A DNA stretch of 64,000 bases from TPA_inf: Saccharomyces (taxonomy: Eukaryota), in the NCBI GenBank assembly GCA_000146045.2, contig BK006946.2, positions 192,001-256,000 on the forward strand, read 5' to 3'. The first letter of the stretch is position 1; the number at the start of each line of letters is the position of its first letter. The position numbers were made by a program, and so were the translations under genes. This document shows, piece by piece, positions 1 through 10,774 of the stretch. The notes under the pieces were generated by a model, which had not been told where the DNA came from, did no database searches, and saw only the letters and a list, made by a program, of their open reading frames with translations.

Positions 1-787
1 TTTTTTTTTTTTCATTTTTCAACGCGGGTAATAGAGAATACATCCACTGTCCGGGTAAATTATGTTACAGTTAGCGCTTAATGTTCACTTCACAGTATTA
101 TGAGCTGTTTTTGTAATAAAGACGACTATAACATAACAAAAAAAATCAACTCTCGCTAGAATAAAGTAACATAATTACTAAAAGGTGGCTAAGCAACATA
201 TCGGTCCAACTTTTTCACCTCTTCTCAACGCTGTTTCAGAGTACATTTAATTTCCGCCATATACTCGAATAAGTGGCTAAGGGAGAGTCCGAAGAGCGTG
301 CTACCAATTCTTCATCTCGTTAACAAACTGGTTCTCCGTTAAAAATTGTGCTATATGTCCTATAAGCCAACTCTATCTATATCTTTTCTTTTAGTCCTAC
401 TTTGGATACTGTTACCACCATTTTAGATTGCTTTTTCTTTTGCCGCTAGCCTTACAATATTTGGCAAACTTTTTTTTTTTAGCCGCCGAGACTCTTGATC
501 TATGGCCGGGCGAAAGGGCAAATGACTGCTTATCCCCGCCATCACTTCCCCCCGCCCAAGGGTTTAGAATTGGGGATTAAGTAAAAACGAATGACTATTC
601 CTCTCAAAGTCATCCTTGTTCGACAAAAAGAATGGAATATAACATATTGGAACAATTTCATCCTCTTTTCCCCATTTTCGCATATAAGAGCAACTAAACG
701 CCGGTGAGTAAAGTGCCCTTCCCTACAGACTCTTTTACTCAGGTATATATATATATATATCCCTTAAAAACTAAAAAGAAAGCACTC

Positions 788-2800
788 ATGAGGATCTGTC
801 ATTCGAGAACTCTCTCAAACTTAAAGGATCTTCCGATAACGTCAAGGAGAGCAATGCATTCGGCCATTGTCAATTACTCCACCCAAAAGGCCCAATTTCC
901 CGTAGAGACAAATAATGGGGAACACTATTGGGCGGAAAAGCCGAACAAATTCTACCAGAACAAAAGGCCCAATTTTCAAGGCATTACCTTTGCTAAACAA
1001 CAAGACTTACCATCATTACCCGTGCCCGAATTGAAGTCTACACTTGACAAGTATTTGCAAACCATCCGCCCATTTTGCAATGATGTAGAAACTTTTGAAA
1101 GACAGCAGCTGTTATGTAAGGACTTCTCGGAGCACATGGGGCCTATCTTACAAGACCGATTGAAAGAGTATGCCAACGATAAAAGAAACTGGATGGCCAA
1201 GTTTTGGGATGAACAATCCTATTTACAATACAACGATCCTATTGTTCCATACGTCTCTTATTTTTATTCTCATATGCCATTACCGAATCATTTATCGAAG
1301 ATCGATAATGATCCTTTGATTAAGGCTACTGCGATTATCTCAACCGTGGTTAAATTCATCGAAGCTATTAAAGATGAATCTTTACCCGTAGAAATTATCA
1401 AAGGTATGCCATTTTGTATGAATAGTTTTTCATTGATGTTTAACACTTCGAGATTGCCTGGTAAGCCAGAGGATAACCAAGATACAAATATTTTTTATTC
1501 AGTTTATGAGAACAACTTTGTAACTATCGCTTATAAAGGGAAGTTTTACAAACTGATGACCCATGACGGGAATGACAAACCGCTTTCCGAAAACGAAATC
1601 TGGAGGCAACTGTACTCTGTGGTATTCCAAGGATCGCAGTCCGATCCCAAACTAGGTGGCATTGGTTCTCTCACCTCTTTACCTCGTGATCAATGGCGTG
1701 AAGTACATCTGGAGCTTATGAAGGATCCTATTTCTCAGGATTCACTAGAAACAATCCATAAGTCTTCCTTTATGCTATGTTTGGATCTTGACCAATCCCC
1801 TGTCACTTTGGAAGAAAAGTCAAGAAATTGCTGGCACGGTGATGGTATTAACAGATTCTACGATAAGTCTTTACAGTTCCTGGTCACCGGTAATGGTTCA
1901 TCAGGTTTCTTAGCTGAACACTCGAAGATGGATGGTACGCCAACATTGTTTTTAAATAACTACGTTTGTCAGCAGTTGAATAAACTAGATGTGGATGACT
2001 TCATGAGAAAAGTAATTACGCCATCATCTACGGTGGCAATGAAACCTATGGAACTGCCCTTCATTATCACACCGAAGATTCATAAAGCAATCGAATCTGC
2101 CCAACTACAATTTAAGGAAACAATTGGTGAGCATGACCTACGTGTTTGGCACTACAACAAATACGGAAAAACGTTTATAAAACGCCATGGCATGTCACCT
2201 GATGCATTTATTCAACAAGTTATCCAACTGGCGGTTTTCAAATATCTGAAACGACAACTACCAACTTACGAGGCTGCTTCCACGAGAAAATACTTCAAAG
2301 GCCGTACTGAAACTGGTAGATCTGTGTCCACCGCCTCCTTAGAATTTGTTTCTAAATGGCAAAATGGCGATGTTCCTATTGCAGAAAAGATTCAGGCTTT
2401 GAAACATTCTGCAAAAGAGCATTCTACGTACCTGAAAAATGCTGCAAATGGTAATGGTGTCGATCGTCATTTCTTCGGTCTAAAGAATATGCTAAAATCT
2501 AATGATGACCAAATTCCGCCCCTTTTCAAAGATCCCTTATTTAATTATTCTTCAACTTGGTTGATCTCCACATCTCAACTATCTTCGGAATATTTTGACG
2601 GTTATGGTTGGTCTCAAGTAAATGACAACGGGTTTGGACTGGCATACATGTTGAATAACGAGTGGCTGCATATCAATATTGTCAACAAACCAGCCAAGAG
2701 TGGAGCCAGTGTTAACAGATTACACTATTATTTATCTCAAGCTGCTGATGAAATTTTTGACGCCTTGGAAAATGAGAATAAACGAAAAGCAAAGTTATGA
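788..2800 (+). CDS. CAT2: Carnitine O-acetyltransferase, 670 aa (mitochondrial/peroxisomal)
   Basis: The ORF-track ORF 704..2800 begins at GTG; the first in-frame ATG is at 788. A second in-frame ATG at 854 (MHSAIVNY...) could give a form lacking the N-terminal presequence. The C-terminus ends in -AKL, a peroxisomal PTS1 signal. The sequence and the 670-aa length match yeast Cat2 as I remember it. Confidence 0.93.
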   Translation: MRICHSRTLSNLKDLPITSRRAMHSAIVNYSTQKAQFPVETNNGEHYWAEKPNKFYQNKRPNFQGITFAKQQDLPSLPVPELKSTLDKYLQTIRPFCNDVETFERQQLLCKDFSEHMGPILQDRLKEYANDKRNWMAKFWDEQSYLQYNDPIVPYVSYFYSHMPLPNHLSKIDNDPLIKATAIISTVVKFIEAIKDESLPVEIIKGMPFCMNSFSLMFNTSRLPGKPEDNQDTNIFYSVYENNFVTIAYKGKFYKLMTHDGNDKPLSENEIWRQLYSVVFQGSQSDPKLGGIGSLTSLPRDQWREVHLELMKDPISQDSLETIHKSSFMLCLDLDQSPVTLEEKSRNCWHGDGINRFYDKSLQFLVTGNGSSGFLAEHSKMDGTPTLFLNNYVCQQLNKLDVDDFMRKVITPSSTVAMKPMELPFIITPKIHKAIESAQLQFKETIGEHDLRVWHYNKYGKTFIKRHGMSPDAFIQQVIQLAVFKYLKRQLPTYEAASTRKYFKGRTETGRSVSTASLEFVSKWQNGDVPIAEKIQALKHSAKEHSTYLKNAANGNGVDRHFFGLKNMLKSNDDQIPPLFKDPLFNYSSTWLISTSQLSSEYFDGYGWSQVNDNGFGLAYMLNNEWLHINIVNKPAKSGASVNRLHYYLSQAADEIFDALENENKRKAKL

Positions 2801-2912
2801 ATTTTTCACCTTTCCTCTTCAATTAATTTGTGAATATTTTTGTTAAGTATCTACACTTACATACGTATAAATAGGGGAGAAAAAAGGGCTTACGAATACA
2901 TACTGATCATTA

Positions 2913-3755
2913 CTATCTATTTCTGCACCTAGTTTCATTATGCAATTTAAAACAACTTACAGAACAAATCTTATTTCCACAATTAACGCAACTTGAAATA
3001 CTATCGTAGCCACCGCAAATAGAGCATGTCGTAATTAGGGGTAACACTTTGAAGTATCGTTTATTGTAAACATTGTGGTAAATGACATTCTTATCCATCA
3101 AGTTTAGCAGCGCAGAATCTAAAAACGAATGTAAATTTCTTTTTGAACTTAAAACCTTCTTTAACGCCACAATACGATTGGTATTCTTCCTCTTTGGTTT
3201 AGGTAGTTTTGTAGATTTATACGATAATTGTATTTCCCGTAAGGTTTCTGGTTTAAGCACCCAACCATGACCATACTTGGAATGCTCTTTTACAAAAGAA
3301 GAACCACCCATTAATGCAGAGAGACCATCCGAGGTCTGTGAGATCGGTTTGGTTGTTGATTCAATTCTATCTCGTGGTACGCCTGTGAGATCACTTAATA
3401 AAGTCGGTACATTTGGTAAATCCGAGAAATTTTCTGTGTTAAGTTCCATAAACCTCCTGTCCGACTGGAGAATCTCTTGTTGTGTGTACCTTTCTTCAAA
3501 TGAATGGGAATTCTTACTATTTCGGTCATCCTGTCTGCTTATACTATTGCCATCTCCCTCAGATCTCGAAGTATATAACCTGGCCTCTAAATCTGCCAGT
3601 GAGTAGTTTATGCGCTTTACGGGCCTAGAGGTGGATATTGTGCCTTGCTTATTAATCTTCTTTGAAGTATATCGACGTGCTTGAGGATCCAATGACGTGA
3701 AATATATGTCAGGATTGTAAGTTTTCTTATCAATCTCTTCAACTAGCGCCTTCAT
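2913..3755 (-). CDS. VPS71: SWR1-complex zinc-finger HIT protein, 280 aa
   Basis: ATG confirmed at 3755..3753. The C-terminal CSICG...CVNCG...C...H pattern is a zf-HIT domain. It is convergent with CAT2, with only 112 bp between the stop codons. Confidence 0.85.
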   Translation of the reverse strand: MKALVEEIDKKTYNPDIYFTSLDPQARRYTSKKINKQGTISTSRPVKRINYSLADLEARLYTSRSEGDGNSISRQDDRNSKNSHSFEERYTQQEILQSDRRFMELNTENFSDLPNVPTLLSDLTGVPRDRIESTTKPISQTSDGLSALMGGSSFVKEHSKYGHGWVLKPETLREIQLSYKSTKLPKPKRKNTNRIVALKKVLSSKRNLHSFLDSALLNLMDKNVIYHNVYNKRYFKVLPLITTCSICGGYDSISSCVNCGNKICSVSCFKLHNETRCRNR

Positions 3756-4050
3756 TTCGCTGTTATGAGTAAGCGATCCGTTCTTTTTCTTCGATCTATC
3801 AATGATATCGACGTTACTATAGATTGAAAGGGCCGCTTCGACTTTTGTTAATACTCACAAAGATCATCATGTTCATTATAAAAAAAGTAGTTATTAATTA
3901 TCTATTACCCGGATCAAAGTTATTTCTACAGAACACAAATATTTTATTGATTGCTTCGTTACATAAAGCAACGACTAAATAAATATAAGCTCTCTAGCTA
4001 TTCCACCGACTTCACTTCCTTAATGAATGGTCGTTTTTGTAATACTCCAA

Positions 4051-4067
4051 AAAAAATATCAAAAAAA
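4051..4067 (-). terminator. RNA polymerase III terminator (T-run) for tRNA-Pro
   Basis: The plus strand reads aaaaaaaatatcaaaaaaa immediately 3' of the tRNA on the minus strand, which is T7 and T8 runs on the transcribed strand. Confidence 0.8.
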
Positions 4068-4170
4068 GGGGCGAGCTGGGAATTGAACCCAGGGCCTCTC
4101 GCATGCTTTGTCTTCCTGTTTAATCAGGAAGTCGCCCAAAGCGAGAATCATACCACTAGACCACACGCCC
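4068..4170 (-). tRNA. tP(UGG): tRNA-Pro (anticodon UGG) with 31-nt intron
   Basis: The reverse complement reads GGGCGTGTGGTCTAGTGGTATGATTCTCGCTTTGGG[cgacttcctgattaaacaggaagacaaagca]TGCGAGAGGCCCTGGGTTCAATTCCCAGCTCGCCCC. It has the A/B-box features (GGTCTAGTGG, GGTTCAATTCC). The anticodon loop is UUUGGGU and the intron follows position 37; on the plus strand the intron is 4104..4134. Confidence 0.95.
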
Positions 4171-4331
4171 TTGTGAACTTGTGAATCTTAGCCACTAAGG
4201 AATCACCGAATAGTAAAAGTTTTCTGACAACTACAATATTAAGCCCTTAACAACAATAATGAATATTGAGTGCATAATGTTGAAATGGAACTCTAAAATA
4301 TCATTTGTTTAGTAGTATTCGTGTTACTAGT

Positions 4332-4668
4332 TGTTGGAATAGAAATCAACTATCATCTACTAACTAGTATTTACATTACTAGTATATTATCATATACGGT
4401 GTTAGAAGATGACGCAAATGATGAGAAATAGTCATCTAAATTAGTGGAAGCTGAAACGCAAGGATTGATAATGTAATAGGATCAATGAATATAAACATAT
4501 AAAACGGAATGAGGAATAATCGTAATATTAGTATGTAGAAATATAGATTCCATTTTGAGGATTCCTATATCCTCGAGGAGAACTTCTAGTATATTCTGTA
4601 TACCTAATATTATAGCCTTTATCAACAATGGAATCCCAACAATTATCTCAACATTCACATATTTCTCA
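4332..4668 (+). repeat. Ty1 5' LTR (delta), ~337 bp
   Basis: It starts TGTTGG and ends ...TCTCA immediately before the primer-binding site. It contains the TYA start codon at 4628. Confidence 0.85.
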
Positions 4669-5950
4669 TGGTAGCGCCTGTGCTTCGGTTACTTCTAAGG
4701 AAGTCCACACAAATCAAGATCCGTTAGACGTTTCAGCTTCCAAAACAGAAGAATGTGAGAAGGCTTCCACTAAGGCTAACTCTCAACAGACAACAACACC
4801 TGCTTCATCAGCTGTTCCAGAGAACCCCCATCATGCCTCTCCTCAACCTGCTTCAGTACCACCTCCACAGAATGGGCCGTACCCACAGCAGTGCATGATG
4901 ACCCAAAACCAAGCCAATCCATCTGGTTGGTCATTTTACGGACACCCATCTATGATTCCGTATACACCTTATCAAATGTCGCCTATGTACTTTCCACCTG
5001 GGCCACAATCACAGTTTCCGCAGTATCCATCATCAGTTGGAACGCCTCTGAGCACTCCATCACCTGAGTCAGGTAATACATTTACTGATTCATCCTCAGC
5101 GGACTCTGATATGACATCCACTAAAAAATATGTCAGACCACCACCAATGTTAACCTCACCTAATGACTTTCCAAATTGGGTTAAAACATACATCAAATTT
5201 TTACAAAACTCGAATCTCGGTGGTATTATTCCGACAGTAAACGGAAAACCCGTACGTCAGATCACTGATGATGAACTCACCTTCTTGTATAACACTTTTC
5301 AAATATTTGCTCCCTCTCAATTCCTACCTACCTGGGTCAAAGACATCCTATCCGTTGATTATACGGATATCATGAAAATTCTTTCCAAAAGTATTGAAAA
5401 AATGCAATCTGATACCCAAGAGGCAAACGACATTGTGACCCTGGCAAATTTGCAATATAATGGCAGTACACCTGCAGATGCATTTGAAACAAAAGTCACA
5501 AACATTATCGACAGACTGAACAATAATGGCATTCATATCAATAACAAGGTCGCATGCCAATTAATTATGAGAGGTCTATCTGGCGAATATAAATTTTTAC
5601 GCTACACACGTCATCGACATCTAAATATGACAGTCGCTGAACTGTTCTTAGATATCCATGCTATTTATGAAGAACAACAGGGATCGAGAAACAGCAAACC
5701 TAATTACAGGAGAAATCTGAGTGATGAGAAGAATGATTCTCGCAGCTATACGAATACAACCAAACCCAAAGTTATAGCTCGGAATCCTCAAAAAACAAAT
5801 AATTCGAAATCGAAAACAGCCAGGGCTCACAATGTATCCACATCTAATAACTCTCCCAGCACGGACAACGATTCCATCAGTAAATCAACTACTGAACCGA
5901 TTCAATTGAACAATAAGCACGACCTTCACCTTAGGCCAGGAACTTACTGA
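4628..5950 (+). CDS. TYA: Ty1 TYA (Gag, capsid protein), 440 aa
   Basis: ORF track 4628..5950. This is the canonical Ty1 Gag sequence, and its ATG lies inside the 5' LTR. Confidence 0.95.
   Translation: MESQQLSQHSHISHGSACASVTSKEVHTNQDPLDVSASKTEECEKASTKANSQQTTTPASSAVPENPHHASPQPASVPPPQNGPYPQQCMMTQNQANPSGWSFYGHPSMIPYTPYQMSPMYFPPGPQSQFPQYPSSVGTPLSTPSPESGNTFTDSSSADSDMTSTKKYVRPPPMLTSPNDFPNWVKTYIKFLQNSNLGGIIPTVNGKPVRQITDDELTFLYNTFQIFAPSQFLPTWVKDILSVDYTDIMKILSKSIEKMQSDTQEANDIVTLANLQYNGSTPADAFETKVTNIIDRLNNNGIHINNKVACQLIMRGLSGEYKFLRYTRHRHLNMTVAELFLDIHAIYEEQQGSRNSKPNYRRNLSDEKNDSRSYTNTTKPKVIARNPQKTNNSKSKTARAHNVSTSNNSPSTDNDSISKSTTEPIQLNNKHDLHLRPGTY
4669..4678 (+). other. Ty1 minus-strand primer-binding site (complementary to the tRNAi-Met 3' end)
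   Basis: TGGTAGCGCC lies directly after the 5' LTR end. Confidence 0.85.
5930..5936 (+). other. Ty1 +1 programmed ribosomal frameshift heptamer CUU-AGG-C
   Basis: CTTAGGC sits in the TYA frame 14 nt before the TYA stop. The downstream frame continues as TYB. Confidence 0.9.
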
Positions 5951-8900
5951 ATCTACGGTAAATCACACTAATCATTCTGATGATGAACTCCCTGGACACC
6001 TCCTTCTCGATTCAGGAGCATCACGAACCCTTATAAGATCTGCTCATCACATACACTCAGCATCATCTAATCCTGACATAAACGTAGTTGATGCTCAAAA
6101 AAGAAATATACCAATTAACGCTATTGGTGACCTACAATTTCACTTCCAGGACAACACCAAAACATCAATAAAGGTATTGCACACTCCTAACATAGCCTAT
6201 GACTTACTCAGTTTGAATGAATTGGCTGCAGTAGATATCACAGCATGCTTTACCAAAAACGTCTTAGAACGATCTGACGGCACTGTACTTGCACCTATCG
6301 TAAAATATGGAGACTTTTACTGGGTATCTAAAAAGTACTTGCTTCCATCAAATATCTCCGTACCCACCATCAATAATGTCCATACAAGTGAAAGTACACG
6401 CAAATATCCTTATCCTTTCATTCATCGAATGCTTGCACATGCCAATGCACAGACAATTCGATACTCACTTAAAAATAACACCATCACGTATTTTAACGAA
6501 TCAGATGTCGACAGGTCTAGTGCTATTGACTATCAATGTCCTGATTGTTTAATCGGCAAAAGCACCAAACACAGACATATCAAAGGTTCACGACTAAAAT
6601 ACCAAAATTCATACGAACCCTTTCAATACCTACATACTGACATATTTGGTCCAGTTCACAACCTACCAAAAAGTGCACCATCCTATTTCATCTCATTTAC
6701 TGATGAGACAACAAAATTCCGTTGGGTTTATCCATTACACGACCGTCGCGAGGACTCTATCCTCGATGTTTTTACTACGATACTAGCTTTTATTAAGAAC
6801 CAGTTTCAGGCCAGTGTCTTGGTTATACAAATGGACCGTGGTTCTGAGTATACTAACAGAACTCTCCATAAATTCCTTGAAAAAAATGGTATAACTCCAT
6901 GCTATACAACCACAGCGGATTCCCGAGCACATGGAGTCGCTGAACGGCTCAACCGTACCTTATTAGATGACTGCCGTACTCAACTGCAATGTAGTGGTTT
7001 ACCGAACCATTTATGGTTCTCTGCAATCGAATTTTCTACTATTGTGAGAAATTCACTAGCTTCACCTAAAAGCAAAAAATCTGCAAGACAACATGCTGGC
7101 TTGGCAGGACTTGATATCAGTACTTTGTTACCTTTCGGTCAACCTGTTATCGTCAATGATCACAACCCTAACTCCAAAATACATCCTCGTGGCATCCCAG
7201 GCTACGCTCTACATCCGTCTCGAAACTCTTATGGATATATCATCTATCTTCCATCCTTAAAGAAGACAGTAGATACAACTAACTATGTTATTCTTCAGGG
7301 CAAGGAATCCAGATTAGATCAATTCAATTACGACGCACTCACTTTCGATGAAGACTTAAACCGTTTAACTGCTTCATATCAATCGTTCATTGCGTCAAAT
7401 GAGATCCAACAATCCGATGATCTTAACATAGAATCTGACCATGACTTCCAATCTGACATCGAACTACATCCTGAGCAACCGAGAAATGTCCTTTCAAAAG
7501 CTGTGAGTCCAACCGATTCCACACCTCCGTCAACTCATACTGAAGATTCGAAACGTGTTTCTAAAACCAATATTCGCGCACCCAGAGAAGTTGACCCCAA
7601 CATATCTGAATCTAATATTCTTCCATCAAAGAAGAGATCTAGCACCCCCCAAATTTCCAATATCGAGAGTACCGGTTCGGGTGGTATGCATAAATTAAAT
7701 GTTCCTTTACTTGCTCCCATGTCCCAATCTAACACACATGAGTCGTCGCACGCCAGTAAATCTAAAGATTTCAGACACTCAGACTCGTACAGTGAAAATG
7801 AGACTAATCATACAAACGTACCAATATCCAGTACGGGTGGTACCAACAACAAAACTGTTCCGCAGATAAGTGACCAAGAGACTGAGAAAAGGATTATACA
7901 CCGTTCACCTTCAATCGATGCTTCTCCACCGGAAAATAATTCATCGCACAATATTGTTCCTATCAAAACGCCAACTACTGTTTCTGAACAGAATACCGAG
8001 GAATCTATCATCGCTGATCTCCCACTCCCTGATCTACCTCCAGAATCTCCTACCGAATTCCCTGACCCATTTAAAGAACTCCCACCGATAAATTCTCATC
8101 AAACTAATTCCAGTTTGGGTGGTATTGGTGACTCTAATGCCTATACTACTATCAACAGTAAGAAAAGATCATTAGAAGATAATGAAACTGAAATTAAGGT
8201 ATCACGAGACACATGGAATACTAAGAATATGCGTAGTTTAGAACCTCCGAGATCGAAGAAACGAATTCACCTGATTGCAGCTGTAAAAGCAGTAAAATCA
8301 ATCAAACCAATACGGACAACCTTACGATACGATGAGGCAATCACCTATAATAAAGATATTAAAGAAAAAGAAAAATATATCGAGGCATACCACAAAGAAG
8401 TCAATCAACTGTTGAAGATGAAAACTTGGGACACTGACGAATATTATGACAGAAAAGAAATAGACCCTAAAAGAGTAATAAACTCAATGTTTATCTTCAA
8501 CAAGAAACGTGACGGTACTCATAAAGCTAGATTTGTTGCAAGAGGTGATATTCAGCATCCTGACACTTACGACTCAGGCATGCAATCCAATACCGTACAT
8601 CACTATGCATTAATGACATCCCTGTCACTTGCATTAGACAATAACTACTATATTACACAATTAGACATATCTTCGGCATATTTGTATGCAGACATCAAAG
8701 AAGAATTATACATAAGACCTCCACCACATTTAGGAATGAATGATAAGTTGATACGTTTGAAGAAATCACTTTATGGATTGAAACAAAGTGGAGCGAACTG
8801 GTACGAAACTATCAAATCATACCTGATAAAACAGTGTGGTATGGAAGAAGTTCGTGGATGGTCATGCGTATTTAAGAATAGTCAAGTAACAATATGTTTA

Positions 8901-9896
8901 TTTGTTGACGACATGATTTTATTCAGCAAAGACTTAAATGCAAATAAGAAAATCATAACAACACTCAAGAAACAATACGATACAAAGATAATAAATCTGG
9001 GTGAAAGTGATAACGAAATTCAGTACGACATACTTGGCTTAGAAATCAAATATCAAAGAGGTAAATACATGAAATTAGGTATGGAAAACTCATTAACTGA
9101 GAAAATACCCAAATTAAACGTACCTTTGAATCCAAAAGGAAGAAAACTTAGCGCTCCAGGTCAACCAGGTCTTTATATAGACCAGGATGAACTAGAAATA
9201 GATGAAGATGAATACAAAGAGAAGGTACATGAAATGCAAAAGTTGATTGGTCTAGCTTCATATGTTGGATATAAATTTAGATTTGACTTACTATACTACA
9301 TCAACACACTTGCTCAACATATACTATTCCCCTCTAGGCAAGTTTTAGACATGACATATGAGTTGATACAATTCATGTGGGACACTAGAGATAAACAACT
9401 GATATGGCACAAAAACAAACCTACCGAGCCAGATAATAAACTAGTCGCAATAAGTGATGCTTCGTATGGCAACCAACCGTATTATAAATCACAAATTGGC
9501 AACATATATTTACTTAATGGAAAGGTAATTGGAGGAAAGTCCACCAAGGCTTCATTAACATGTACTTCAACTACGGAAGCAGAAATACACGCGATAAGTG
9601 AATCTGTCCCATTATTAAATAATCTAAGTTACCTGATACAAGAACTTAACAAGAAACCAATTATTAAAGGCTTACTTACTGATAGTAGATCAACGATCAG
9701 TATAATTAAGTCTACAAATGAAGAGAAATTTAGAAACAGATTTTTTGGCACAAAGGCAATGAGACTTAGAGATGAAGTATCAGGTAATAATTTATACGTA
9801 TACTACATCGAGACCAAGAAGAACATTGCTGATGTGATGACAAAACCTCTTCCGATAAAAACATTTAAACTATTAACTAACAAATGGATTCATTAG
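5934..9896 (+). CDS. TYB: Ty1 TYB (protease-integrase-reverse transcriptase/RNase H), expressed as a Gag-Pol fusion by +1 frameshift
   Basis: The +1 frame is open from the frameshift site to 9896. The ORF track starts at 6177 only because that is the first start-like codon. Protease [11 protein letters not shown] lies near 6000, the integrase zinc and D,D35E region at 6400-6950, and RT YVDDM at about 8900. The frame offset relative to TYA is +1. Confidence 0.92.
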   Translation, partial: GQELTESTVNHTNHSDDELPGHLLLDSGASRTLIRSAHHIHSASSNPDINVVDAQKRNIPINAIGDLQFHFQDNTKTSIKVLHTPNIAYDLLSLNELAAVDITACFTKNVLERSDGTVLAPIVKYGDFYWVSKKYLLPSNISVPTINNVHTSESTRKYPYPFIHRMLAHANAQTIRYSLKNNTITYFNESDVDRSSAIDYQCPDCLIGKSTKHRHIKGSRLKYQNSYEPFQYLHTDIFGPVHNLPKSAPSYFISFTDETTKFRWVYPLHDRREDSILDVFTTILAFIKNQFQASVLVIQMDRGSEYTNRTLHKFLEKNGITPCYTTTADSRAHGVAERLNRTLLDDCRTQLQCSGLPNHLWFSAIEFSTIVRNSLASPKSKKSARQHAGLAGLDISTLLPFGQPVIVNDHNPNSKIHPRGIPGYALHPSRNSYGYIIYLPSLKKTVDTTNYVILQGKESRLDQFNYDALTFDEDLNRLTASYQSFIASNEIQQSDDLNIESDHDFQSDIELHPEQPRNVLSKAVSPTDSTPPSTHTEDSKRVSKTNIRAPREVDPNISESNILPSKKRSSTPQISNIESTGSGGMHKLNVPLLAPMSQSNTHESSHASKSKDFRHSDSYSENETNHTNVPISSTGGTNNKTVPQISDQETEKRIIHRSPSIDASPPENNSSHNIVPIKTPTTVSEQNTEESIIADLPLPDLPPESPTEFPDPFKELPPINSHQTNSSLGGIGDSNAYTTINSKKRSLEDNETEIKVSRDTWNTKNMRSLEPPRSKKRIHLIAAVKAVKSIKPIRTTLRYDEAITYNKDIKEKEKYIEAYHKEVNQLLKMKTWDTDEYYDRKEIDPKRVINSMFIFNKKRDGTHKARFVARGDIQHPDTYDSGMQSNTVHHYALMTSLSLALDNNYYITQLDISSAYLYADIKEELYIRPPPHLGMNDKLIRLKKSLYGLKQSGANWYETIKSYLIKQCGMEEVRGWSCVFKNSQVTICLFVDDMILFSKDLNANKKIITTLKKQYDTKIINLGESDNEIQYDILGLEIKYQRGKYMKLGMENSLTEKIPKLNVPLNPKGRKLSAPGQPGLYIDQDELEIDEDEYKEKVHEMQKLIGLASYVGYKFRFDLLYYINTLAQHILFPSRQVLDMTYELIQFMWDTRDKQLIWHKNKPTEPDNKLVAISDASYGNQPYYKSQIGNIYLLNGKVIGGKSTKASLTCTSTTEAEIHAISESVPLLNNLSYLIQELNKKPIIKGLLTDSRSTISIIKSTNEEKFRNRFFGTKAMRLRDEVSGNNLYVYYIETKKNIADVMTKPLPIKTFKLLTNKWIH

Positions 9897-9910
9897 ATCT
9901 ATTACATTAT

Positions 9911-9918
9911 GGGTGGTA
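9911..9918 (+). other. Ty1 polypurine tract (plus-strand primer)
   Basis: GGGTGGTA lies immediately upstream of the 3' LTR TGTTGG. Confidence 0.8.
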
Positions 9919-10250
9919 TGTTGGAATAGAAATCAACTATCATCTACTAACTAGTATTTACATTACTAGTATATTATCATATACGGTGTTAGAAGATGAC
10001 GCAAATGATGAGAAATAGTCATCTAAATTAGTGGAAGCTGAAACGCAAGGATTGATAATGTAATAGGATCAATGAATATAAACATATAAAACGGAATGAG
10101 GAATAATCGTAATATTAGTATGTAGAAATATAGATTCCATTTTGAGGATTCCTATATCCTCGAGGAGAACTTCTAGTATATTCTGTATACCTAATATTAT
10201 AGCCTTTATCAACAATGGAATATCAGCAATCATCAGATGAATGTTAAAAT
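9919..10250 (+). repeat. Ty1 3' LTR (delta); terminal ~35 bp diverged from the 5' LTR
   Basis: It is identical to the 5' LTR from TGTTGG through ...CAACAATGGAAT, i.e. 9919..~10221. It then diverges (ATCAGCAATCATCAGATGAATG versus CCCAACAATTATCTCAACATTC). The end is estimated from the LTR length. Confidence 0.7.
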
Positions 10251-10774
10251 TGTGTAAGGATGCTCATTCTGTTTCGTTAACTTTCCAGTTTTCTCGAGGA
10301 CTTCTGGTTCATTATACGTGAAATTATTTACCTAACCAAAATTATCAAACAATTCTTCCTTACTTCAGCTAAAGATTCGGCGAGACAGAGGTTGAACACA
10401 ATGCAAGCGCATCGATATTTTTACGGCCGCAGTTGAATGGATCCAAAAGCATTGGCCAATTTAAATGAAAGAAATAAGTAAATTTCTAAAGATTTATCTA
10501 AGTGCCTCTTCTTTCCTGTATTCAATAATTTAGTGTCTAAAACGCAAAGGTATAAATTTGATAATGTTCTTTTATTAACTGTCAATAAAGTATATATGAA
10601 AAAGTGTGAAGAACCTTCGTATAAAATCTATCTAGTAAAATATTTTTAATTATGTGCGGATGTATTGTCTATTCCCATGTGCTTTGCTTATGTCCTGTTA
10701 GAGGACTTTTAAGTATGCTGTATACATGTTTTAAATTTTTGCCTTTATTCTTTCTCTCTCTTACTATATCGCTC

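Larger units (their letters stand above)
4332..10250 (+). mobile_element. Full-length Ty1 LTR retrotransposon (~5.9 kb), probably the element called YMLWTy1-1 in S288C
   Basis: The 5' LTR starts TGTTGGAATAGAAATCAAC at 4332 and the same sequence recurs at 9919. TYA begins [16 protein letters not shown]. The +1 frameshift heptamer CTTAGGC is at 5930. A tRNAi-Met primer-binding site TGGTAGCGCC sits at 4669..4678, and the polypurine tract GGGTGGTA at 9911..9918. TYB carries protease DSGAS, integrase and reverse-transcriptase (FVDDM) motifs. The 3' boundary is approximate. Confidence 0.95.

Noticed and set aside
704-787. N-terminal extensions in the ORF track (e.g. CAT2 704, YML020W 39050, ERV25 54098, SPT5 55668, TAF11 51050, NSE5 36700, YMD8 12157, YML037C 13450)
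   Set aside because: These ORFs begin at GTG/TTG/ATT codons, which reflects bacterial-style start-codon settings. Yeast initiates at AUG, so I moved starts to the first in-frame ATG, which also reproduced the known protein lengths.
3790-4067. Possible solo LTR (delta/sigma/tau) remnant between VPS71 and the tRNA
   Set aside because: It is an AT-rich segment starting tgttaatactc..., but I could not recognise TG...CA termini or similarity to the Ty1 LTR present in this window. It cannot be supported without a database comparison.
6177-6179. Apparent TYB start at 6177
   Set aside because: TYB has no independent initiation codon. The +1 frame is open from the CTTAGGC frameshift site at 5930, and Pol is made only as a Gag-Pol fusion.
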